Below the pieces are notes generated by a model, which was not told where the DNA came from, ran no database searches, and was given only the letters and a program-made list of their open reading frames with translations. Shown here one piece after another: positions 25,291-33,800 of a stretch of 64,000 nucleotides of DNA (position 1 is the stretch's first letter; every line of letters begins with the position of its first letter). Made by a program: the position numbers and the translations under genes. Source of the stretch: a virus; the IMG/VR virus record IMGVR_UViG_3300032293_001294, positions 11,710 through 75,709 of that record; one strand, given 5' to 3'.

Positions 25291-27276
25291 ATGATTAAAT
25301 ATCTGATCTATGATACTGAGACTACAGGTCTCAATATTATTTCAGACAAACCATTTATGTTTCAATATGGATTAGTCGATCACAATCTACAGCTTGTATC
25401 AAGCGATTGGTTTCACGTGAAAGACAAAGCCAAGATGGATGTGTTTAAACAACACTTACTGTCCATCAATACAATCGTCGGTCATAACATTAAGTTTGAC
25501 CTACACATGGCAATCAATGCTGGGTTCGATAAAGAAATCTTTATGAATAAAAACTTTATTGATACATCAGTACTATCACGATTAGTGATAGACCATGATA
25601 CACAAACTGATAAAACATTTTCTGCCGGTCTTAAAACACTTGGTGTTAGATACTTAGGTATCGATTCCAATACAGAAGAACGTGCATTGAAAATGGAACT
25701 AAGCCGACTTGTATCAGAACATAAACAAAAGATGAAAGACTATTTCGTAGCGCAAGGTGTGTGGGATAATAAGCTAACACAAACAAATCAAACCAAGTTA
25801 ATTAATGACATTTATCTTAACTGGAATAAAGTGTTTCACTTACACTCACAATTCACACAACCACGTAAAGCATTCTTACAATCAAATCCTGAACCTACCT
25901 ATGAACAATGTTCAAACGTTGTCACATATGGTATGACAGATATTAAATTGACCCATGGTTTACTTAAACTATGGTATCCAAAAGCAGTCACACTACAACA
26001 AGTTGATACGCTTAAACGGATTAGTAATGCGACCTATCCATTAGTCATTATGGAACGTCAAGGTCTAGCCGTCGATGTCCAACAAGTTCTTAAAGATAGA
26101 GCCAAGATTGTCGACGAACTTAGTAAGACAACCATCGTTGATCCAAGAACCAATACAACATTATCGATTGGTCAACATGCTAAACTTAAAGAACTATACG
26201 AATATGAATCAGGTGAATCGTTAGAAAGTTCAGATAAAGAAACACGCTCTGAGATCGAAGACGTATCTCCAGCGGCTAAAGCAGCAAACTATATTGCTAA
26301 ATTAGATAAGTATCTTAATACTTATGTAAGATCTATACTGGATAAACTAACCTTAGTTGGTAAAGAATACCGTGTCTTTACTCAATATAACCTAGCAGGT
26401 ACAATTACAGGACGCTTATCATCAGACTTCCAACAGTTCCCTAAGGATGCAATTAAACTAGCAGATGGAACTGAAGTCAATATACGTAGCTGGTTCGTTG
26501 TACCAAAGCAAGATAAGTACATGTTCTACTTTGACTATAGTCAAATGGAACTACGTCTTCAATGCGAATGGACTAACATTGTCAATGGTCAACCAGACAT
26601 CAACATGGCACGAGCATTCACGCCATACAAATGTATACAAAAAGATGGTAAGTATTTCTTAGAAGAAGATCCAACTAAAGAGTGGAAGCCAACAGACTTG
26701 CATGCACTCACAGCTAAAAACGCTTTCCCAAACATAGATGAAACACACCCAGATTGGAAACAATATAGAAACCTTGGTAAACGTACCAACTTTGCAGTTA
26801 ACTATGGTGCAGCCGCACCTAAAATACAACAAGCTTTAAAGGTAGATTTTCCTACCGCACAAGCTTTAGTACAAGGTTACCGTAAAGCATTTGCAGGTGT
26901 CGTCGCGTTTGGTAAGTGGATTAGCAACCGAGTGTATGTCACAGACAATATACCTAACCTATTACTGCGTAGATATTATTCACGTAATAAACATCAGTTA
27001 CAAAACTGGTTAGTACAAGGTAGTGGTGCTGACATTCTATTACTAAAGCTTAGAGAAATATTTGAGTATATTAAAAACAAACCACACTGGAAGTTCATGA
27101 TCACAGTTCACGACGAACTAGGATTTGTATGCTCAGACATACCACAAGAACAGCTTAAGCGTGAAGTTAAAGATATACAAAACCTAATGACACATAGCAT
27201 GTCTGCTGTGGATATCATTAGTGATGTAGAATATACAACGACCAAGTGGTCAGAAAAGGATGAATGGACAGAATGA
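25291..27276 (+). CDS. polA: Family A DNA polymerase with 3'-5' exonuclease
   Basis: DTETTG, GHNIKFD, TGRLSS, DYSQMELR, R..GK.TNFAVNYG, TVHDE. Confidence 0.95.
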   Translation: MIKYLIYDTETTGLNIISDKPFMFQYGLVDHNLQLVSSDWFHVKDKAKMDVFKQHLLSINTIVGHNIKFDLHMAINAGFDKEIFMNKNFIDTSVLSRLVIDHDTQTDKTFSAGLKTLGVRYLGIDSNTEERALKMELSRLVSEHKQKMKDYFVAQGVWDNKLTQTNQTKLINDIYLNWNKVFHLHSQFTQPRKAFLQSNPEPTYEQCSNVVTYGMTDIKLTHGLLKLWYPKAVTLQQVDTLKRISNATYPLVIMERQGLAVDVQQVLKDRAKIVDELSKTTIVDPRTNTTLSIGQHAKLKELYEYESGESLESSDKETRSEIEDVSPAAKAANYIAKLDKYLNTYVRSILDKLTLVGKEYRVFTQYNLAGTITGRLSSDFQQFPKDAIKLADGTEVNIRSWFVVPKQDKYMFYFDYSQMELRLQCEWTNIVNGQPDINMARAFTPYKCIQKDGKYFLEEDPTKEWKPTDLHALTAKNAFPNIDETHPDWKQYRNLGKRTNFAVNYGAAAPKIQQALKVDFPTAQALVQGYRKAFAGVVAFGKWISNRVYVTDNIPNLLLRRYYSRNKHQLQNWLVQGSGADILLLKLREIFEYIKNKPHWKFMITVHDELGFVCSDIPQEQLKREVKDIQNLMTHSMSAVDIISDVEYTTTKWSEKDEWTE

Positions 27277-28187
27277 ACTTTGACGAACAGAAACATGAGT
27301 ATGTCCACAATGGTGACCAATACACTAGCGTAACCCAGCTTCTTAAGAAGTATGGGTTATCCGCTAACTATGAAGGTATACCACAAGACGTACTAACTAA
27401 AGCCGCCAATAAAGGTAAAAACATTCACAAGCAATTGGAATTATATATCAATGGCGACAAGTCTATGTTAGGCACAGTCAATGAAGTTGACTTGTTTGAC
27501 AACTACGTAAAGACTAGAGGCATTGATTTAGCAATGACAAAGTCTGAACAAATCGTATTCGATACAACCTACAAGATTGCTGGCACCGTTGACGTACAGT
27601 ACGCCGACGGAGCCGACAGTATTATTGCTGACTTTAAAACGACATCTAGTCTACACGTTGATGCAGTTGCATGGCAGCTTAGTATCTATAACTTCCTGCT
27701 TTCTAAAGGCGATGTGATGACTTATTACTTTAATAAACTTAAAGTATTCCATTACACAGGAACTAAACTATACGTTAAAGATGTGTATCTTGTAGACTTT
27801 GATGCAGTCAAACAATTGTTAGAAGCTAACCAACGTGGTGATGCTACGTTCAATTACGTTAAACCAACAGAAGTTGTTGGTGGATCTGATGAACAATTGA
27901 TTGGACAAATACTAAACGAACTTGAATCACATCAAGCAGTCGTTGATAAACTACAAGGAGAACTTGAAGTCTTGTTAACTAAAGTAAAAGAAAAGATGGT
28001 CACCACTAAAGACTATCAATTTAGTAATGATGATTACATGATTAATTATGTACATCCACAAACAAGACAATCTTTAGATCAAACTAAAGTTAAGCAATAC
28101 CTCGAAAGTAAAGGCGAAAAAGTAGAAGATTACATGAAGACAACCACAACTAAAGATGGTGTCAAAGCTGTAACTAGACGACGTTAA
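27273..28187 (+). CDS. PD-(D/E)XK (Cas4/RecB-like) exonuclease
   Basis: YTSVTQLL, G..IH..LE, IAGTVD, IADFKT, WQLSIY. Confidence 0.85.
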   Translation: MNFDEQKHEYVHNGDQYTSVTQLLKKYGLSANYEGIPQDVLTKAANKGKNIHKQLELYINGDKSMLGTVNEVDLFDNYVKTRGIDLAMTKSEQIVFDTTYKIAGTVDVQYADGADSIIADFKTTSSLHVDAVAWQLSIYNFLLSKGDVMTYYFNKLKVFHYTGTKLYVKDVYLVDFDAVKQLLEANQRGDATFNYVKPTEVVGGSDEQLIGQILNELESHQAVVDKLQGELEVLLTKVKEKMVTTKDYQFSNDDYMINYVHPQTRQSLDQTKVKQYLESKGEKVEDYMKTTTTKDGVKAVTRRR

Positions 28188-28242
28188 AATCAAACGGGAG
28201 AGCTAACCCCTCTCCCTTGATTAGGCATAAGGAGGAAAACAA

Positions 28243-29154
28243 ATGCCAATCATATTACAAGCAGCCGTTAAGACGCTTAAGCCGTTGAAGGTATTGTCCT
28301 ATGGACCTACCTATAGTGGCAAAACGCTTAGCTCATTGTACCTTGCAGTCGGTCTTGTTATGAAGATCCGTAAGTGTACTGAAGAACAAGCGTACAAACA
28401 CATAGTCATGATCGACACTGAGTTCGGTCGTGGCGCACTCTACAATAAGATCGGATTGTATAACTACATCCGTATCGATCCACCGTACTATACCGAAAAG
28501 TTAGTTGATCTTATCAACGAACTCAATGGTATGGAACAAGTCGACGTGATTATCACGGACTCACTTACACACTTCTGGGTTAAAGAAGGCGGCATCCTAG
28601 ATCAAAAAGCTGCTAAAGATAAGCTAGGTGGTAACTCATATACCAACTGGCAAGACTTTACCACTAAGTTTAATAAGATGGTTGACGCTATCTTAGCATC
28701 ACCGAAGCATATCTTTTCCACAGCACGTGCGAAAACGGATACCGCTTTAGTCACAGGTGACAATGGTAAAGCCACACCTAAGTCCTATGGTCTCAAGCCT
28801 GAGCTACGTGATAACGTTGAGTATGACTTCGATATTGTTTTCAATATTGATAAGTTATCCCACAACTTAATCGTAGACAAAGGTGTCCCTGGTCTTAAGC
28901 CAGTCTATGATATCGCTACTGTTAAAGTAGGCCAAGAAATCTATGACTTGTTTAGTGCTGACGCAGTGGTACCTGTACGTAGTAAAGCTGACATTGCAGA
29001 CAGCATTCGTAAAGTTGCCAAAGATAATGGCATGATTCCATTTGTTCAATTAGAATTACGTGGACGTAAGATTGAAGATCTTACAGAACAAGAACTTAAA
29101 GCAATGGAAACCATGTTACTTAACAATCTTAAGAAAGCACAAATCAAAAACTAA
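28243..29154 (+). CDS. sak4: Sak4-like (AAA_24) single-strand annealing ATPase
   Basis: GPTYSGKT, IDTE.G, IITDSLTH.W...GG, EYDFD. Confidence 0.8.
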   Translation: MPIILQAAVKTLKPLKVLSYGPTYSGKTLSSLYLAVGLVMKIRKCTEEQAYKHIVMIDTEFGRGALYNKIGLYNYIRIDPPYYTEKLVDLINELNGMEQVDVIITDSLTHFWVKEGGILDQKAAKDKLGGNSYTNWQDFTTKFNKMVDAILASPKHIFSTARAKTDTALVTGDNGKATPKSYGLKPELRDNVEYDFDIVFNIDKLSHNLIVDKGVPGLKPVYDIATVKVGQEIYDLFSADAVVPVRSKADIADSIRKVAKDNGMIPFVQLELRGRKIEDLTEQELKAMETMLLNNLKKAQIKN

Positions 29155-29206
29155 CCTGACACAGCGCTGGCATACCGCAATATAGTATGCCTTAGGAGGT
29201 GAACAC

Positions 29207-30001
29207 ATGGCTAACATTAGTGAAGCCACAGGTTATTTACAGCTTATAGGAGATTGGACTAGAGAACAAGCAACTAATTTTGCTTACATGTTATACACAG
29301 TAGAGCATGCAGCAACTGACTATACAACAAATACGCATTTATCTTTTGATAAACTTGTAGATGAATTGTCTTTTACACAACAACAAGGACACCATATTAC
29401 AAGAAACAAAATACCTTTCGAAGGATTTGGAAGATGGGCGTTCAGTGCTAACTTAGAAAACTTTCAGCATTGGACAGAGGTTACTAAAGAACGCTGGAAA
29501 TCACAAATACTTCCAAGCATTACGCCTTCTTTTAAAATTACTTTTGAAGAATATAAACAGCGTAGATTAGAAATGATACGTGACTTTGCTAAACATAAAC
29601 TAAAAGTGTTTTGGCAATACGTAGATATGGAACCTGGTGTTAATTACTTAGGAAAGATAGAAGGCTATATGTCTTGTGCCTTTGAGTATTCTACAGTCGA
29701 TCATACCAATGAATACATATTAAAATTTATTATAAAAAATTCAGAAGATTATGAATGTACGCTTAGAAACCAATGCATGTTAATTGAAAATGATACTCAA
29801 CGTTTATTTGAAATCGCGGAAGGACTACGAAAAGTTTATAAGTTAAGCAAGGATATTTCTGTCGTCACTAAGATCTTTAATACGATCTATGAACATCCAA
29901 CCTGGTACGATTTACCAGCGTACGCTAACATTGAAACTCTAGAAGATGTACCAGATGCGTTACATAAAGCTATCTTTAAGATGGCAAAAGGAGATAAATG
30001 A
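29207..30001 (+). CDS. Hypothetical protein
   Basis: AGGAGGTG RBS; 264 aa. Confidence 0.8.
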   Translation: MANISEATGYLQLIGDWTREQATNFAYMLYTVEHAATDYTTNTHLSFDKLVDELSFTQQQGHHITRNKIPFEGFGRWAFSANLENFQHWTEVTKERWKSQILPSITPSFKITFEEYKQRRLEMIRDFAKHKLKVFWQYVDMEPGVNYLGKIEGYMSCAFEYSTVDHTNEYILKFIIKNSEDYECTLRNQCMLIENDTQRLFEIAEGLRKVYKLSKDISVVTKIFNTIYEHPTWYDLPAYANIETLEDVPDALHKAIFKMAKGDK

Positions 30002-30276
30002 ATGTAAAAGATTTATTGTCTCTTGTTAAATATGATTCTAGTTCACCTGTTTTATTTAATATTAATGGTAAAGATTATCATTACTATGATGTACTTAAAG
30101 ATGAAAAGTTATTAAGTATATCAATAGATAAAATAAAAATACAAGGTAAAGTTCTAGAATTAAATGAAGAAGATGTTATCAAAATAATTAATAAACCTAC
30201 TATTAAATCAACAGATGTTAATCTTATGATACCTAATAGTAGCTATTATTACTTGATTACTATTAAAATAAATTGA
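29998..30276 (+). CDS. Hypothetical protein
   Basis: AAGGAG RBS; ATGA overlap. Confidence 0.7.
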   Translation: MNVKDLLSLVKYDSSSPVLFNINGKDYHYYDVLKDEKLLSISIDKIKIQGKVLELNEEDVIKIINKPTIKSTDVNLMIPNSSYYYLITIKIN

Positions 30277-30292
30277 GAAAGGAGAACATTAT

Positions 30293-30628
30293 ATGTTCAA
30301 ATATTTATTTAATGGAGTTATTTATAGTGCAGATACAATCGAAAACTTGCAAAGTATACTTACTAAAGCAGGTTATAAAGGAGATGTTATCGCTGAGTTC
30401 GAAGCAATTAATAAAGAGAACGAAGAACAAGATAATGCTGCTAAAGAATATTTAAAAGAAGAAGCAGAAGATTTTTCATTAAAAGAAGAAGCAGTACAAG
30501 AATCTGCAAATGATCTTAGTCAAAAAGAAATAGATCAAATGTTTAATGAATCAGCTGTTGATGTAGAAGAAAATTCTGATGGTTCATTTTCTGTTGTAAC
30601 AGAAAAATCTTTTAATGATTTAAATTAA
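30293..30628 (+). CDS. Acidic hypothetical protein
   Basis: AAAGGAG RBS; E/D-rich. Confidence 0.75.
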   Translation: MFKYLFNGVIYSADTIENLQSILTKAGYKGDVIAEFEAINKENEEQDNAAKEYLKEEAEDFSLKEEAVQESANDLSQKEIDQMFNESAVDVEENSDGSFSVVTEKSFNDLN

Positions 30629-30676
30629 ACTACACGTTTAGCCCACGTTACGGGCTCTCTAACTAAACTCTTTAAT

Positions 30677-30761
30677 GGGGTAGTCGGGTAAGACATATCA
30701 CTTTAGCAGATGCTCCTGCTTAACATATGTAACGTGGGTTCAACTCCCACCTACTCCACCA
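30677..30761 (+). ncRNA. tRNA-like RNA resembling an isolated tmRNA tRNA-like domain (Ala identity)
   Basis: Acceptor GGGGTAG/CTACTCC with G3:U70, ACCA end, T-arm GTGGG-TTCAACT-CCCAC, stemless D-loop TCGGGTAAGA. Confidence 0.75.
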
Positions 30762-30844
30762 AAGAGTTTAGTTAGGTTAACTTATTACGGCACCCAATAA
30801 GTTGATACATCACTCCTTCCTTTCATGTACGGGTGCCAAGTATG

Positions 30845-30878
30845 TCTAGGATAGCAAGCTGATTACTTGCTACCTAGA
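30845..30878. terminator. Hairpin between convergent units, probably a bidirectional terminator
   Basis: TCTAGG-A-TAGCAAG / CTTGCTA-CCTAGA followed by TTACTTTT on plus. Confidence 0.65.
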
Positions 30879-30884
30879 TTACTT

Positions 30885-33800
30885 TTATTTCAATATTGTA
30901 GCTTGTGATTGTCTGTACCGAACGTATTGTCTCCATTGAATATTCTTAACTAAACGATATGGATTAGTAGTAGGTCTACGCATTTTACCATACTTAGTAA
31001 ACCAATCCTTGTATATATTTTCATACTTAGCCCAACGTCCATTACGTCCATAACGATAACGACGTGGTGTATATTTTTTAAACTGACTTATATCATACCC
31101 AATACCAGATATAGTTCTAAATAAAGTTGCTTGTCTTGTATCTAATATACGTGCTAATGATGGATCATTGCGTGCAATATCTTCTCTAAGATTTGTACCC
31201 AACACCATGTCAGATAAACCAGTAGCAGTATTTACAAATCTTGTACCAAACCCAACAACAGCTAATTGAGCAAACCCTTTTAAAGCATCACCATCTTTAA
31301 ATAAACTTTGTATACCACGTAATAAAGGAGATGCTCTTCTAGTAAGTTCTATGTCAGTATTATAAATAAGATTCATGACATCAAATGCCCCGTTACCTAT
31401 TCTTAATCCCCAATCTTTAGCAAATGGAATCCATCCTTGACGGATTTGATATTTAGTAAAGTCATCATATTCTTTAGTTTCTTCATCTCTATATTGTGCA
31501 TACCAACCATCAATAAAGTCAGATAAAAATCTCCAATACTTAGGACTCATTAATCTATCAATCCAGTTATTAATAGAACGTACAGGGAAAGATAAGAATG
31601 GAATATCAGCAAGCAATCTAGTTTCTAACGGAGAACGCATACCATAATTAAACCAGTGATTTAAAGAATCTATTGTAGCTTGATCAAATGTTTTGTTATA
31701 CAACATTAAGTTATAAAAGAAGTTAGTAATACGTGCAGCGTTTTCTATCTTAGTATTAGAATCAGTATACCAAGCAACAGGATTAAACTTATTTAACCAA
31801 CCACCTTTAACTTTATCTAATTGTTTTACAATTTGTTTATAAGTCATATTAGATTTATATGAATCTTTATAACCTCTATATTGTTCAAAGAATTTAGGAA
31901 GTAATTCAAAACGGTCTTTACGTAAGTAGTCACTAAGTGCTTCTGTATTCATGAACGCACTTAATTGTTTTAATAAAGGTTTTTTAAATTCATACTCATC
32001 AACTTTTTCTGCAATAGTTTTATGTCTTACAATTTGTCCCTGATTATTTTTAGCATCAGTTCTTAAACCAGCAACCCAAGTATTATTAATAATTCGGTTA
32101 TCATACATTTCAATGTATTCACCGAACTCTGTTTTAGATGCAAAAATAACAGATTGTTTTAACAAGTCTAAATACTTATCAATATTATCAGCGTTAGCTT
32201 CTTTTAATTTTCTAAATAAATTGATAGCTACTTTACGTCTTGTTTCAATATGTCTATTATTATTTTTAAGTGTGTCAGATATTTTAATATAGTTGAGTAA
32301 GAATTCTTTAATTAAATCTAATTTATTATTAATTACATTAGAATCTTTAACTGGTAATTTACTTGCTTTTAAAACATCTTCATAATGTAAACCAATATTA
32401 ATGATACTAATACTTAATTCATCGCTATATTTTTCATACAACTTCATAAGTTCTAATGAGTTTAATGTACTATTAACATATCTATTAGACTCAATTAACT
32501 TAGGAATGATAATAGAGTTACTAAACATTTGATTAACACTATCAAAAATATTACGTGCTATGAAAGCGGCGTTTAATTTAGAAAGATTTTTTGACATGAT
32601 TTGTAATGAGAAGAAAAACTTATCTACTTTATTAGGCAATTGATAAGGAGAGTACACATCATTCATCGTGTCCATCCAGTCATTTAAATCTACAAAACCA
32701 ATGATATCACCTTTTAAATTTTGATCATAGATTTCTTGGAAGTCTTCAAAGTTATCTACAATGACTTCTTTTAAAGTAAAGTTAATATTTTTATTTGTAG
32801 CTAAAATTAATTTAGGATCAATACGGTTATACACTTTATTATCAAATACAACTTTACCACCAGCTCGTTGCCATGCTTCAAGGTTTTCTAAAGCAGAAAT
32901 CTTTTTACCATTTACAACTGTATCTTTAAATAATAAGTCATTATAAATAGAGTTATCAATTAAACCAAACTTTTGACCTACTTTTTCTATAATGTTTAAA
33001 TCTTTTTTCTTATTAGTTGGGAATAAAACATCATCATAACGTGGATCATATTTTCTAATGCGTTCTGTAACAAGTTTAAATCTACCTTCATCAGGATCAG
33101 CGTGTCTAATCTGCACAAGTTTAAACTGTTGTTGCTTTGTTGTGTATAGTTCGTAAGCATTTTTTAAACTTCTAATTCTATTATTAGAACTACTGTTATC
33201 AACCATGTTCTTTAATAAAGTAATGCGATTATACATACTAAGTAATGAACGTTCTTTATATGCTTTTAAATCTTGCTCAGTTAAAACTTTAGGTTTCTTA
33301 ACGGTAGTATCACCCATACCTTGACCACCTAAACCATCATCATCAGGAGTTCTTAATAAAAGAATTAAACCACCGATGTTATCAACCACAGCTTTCTTTA
33401 AAAGTTTGCTTCTAATATCTGCTTCTTTAGTATTAAGTTGAGTTATTTCTTCCTTAATAGTTTCTACTGGAGACTTACTTTGCTCAAGTAATTTAACGTA
33501 GTTGTCTAATGGATCAATGCTTTCTTCAATTTCTTTAATTTCATCTTGGAATAATGAAATTAATTCTTGAATCTTATCAGATTTTAACTTGTTATTTGTA
33601 GCTTTGTTGTTTAATTCAGACAATCTACTTATGTTATTTCTTGTTAATGTTTCTTCTAATTTAGATTTAATTTCTTTAGATTCAATAATCGTTTCAGCAT
33701 CTGTTTTATATTTTCTATTTTTAGTATCAGAATTTATTTTTTTAATAGTTGCTTCATATTCTTTTTTAGTTTCTAAAAGAACTTCGATTTGTGTTCTAAA

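Noticed and set aside
27273-28187. Cas4 as part of a CRISPR system
   Set aside because: No Fe-S cysteine cluster and no cas context; it is an ordinary phage recombination nuclease next to Sak4
30677-30761. Canonical tRNA-Ala(UGC) call
   Set aside because: No D-stem, an over-long interrupted arm, and a 6-nt loop lacking the usual U33/purine-37 context; it fits a tmRNA-like domain better
30734-30761. attP core for integration into host ssrA or a tRNA gene
   Set aside because: No integrase in the window, and both the 5' and 3' acceptor strands are present and paired
30779-30837. HDV-like theta ribozyme or pistol ribozyme
   Set aside because: No P3/P1.1 nested elements, not directly adjacent to the CCA end, and the pistol conserved residues are not evident
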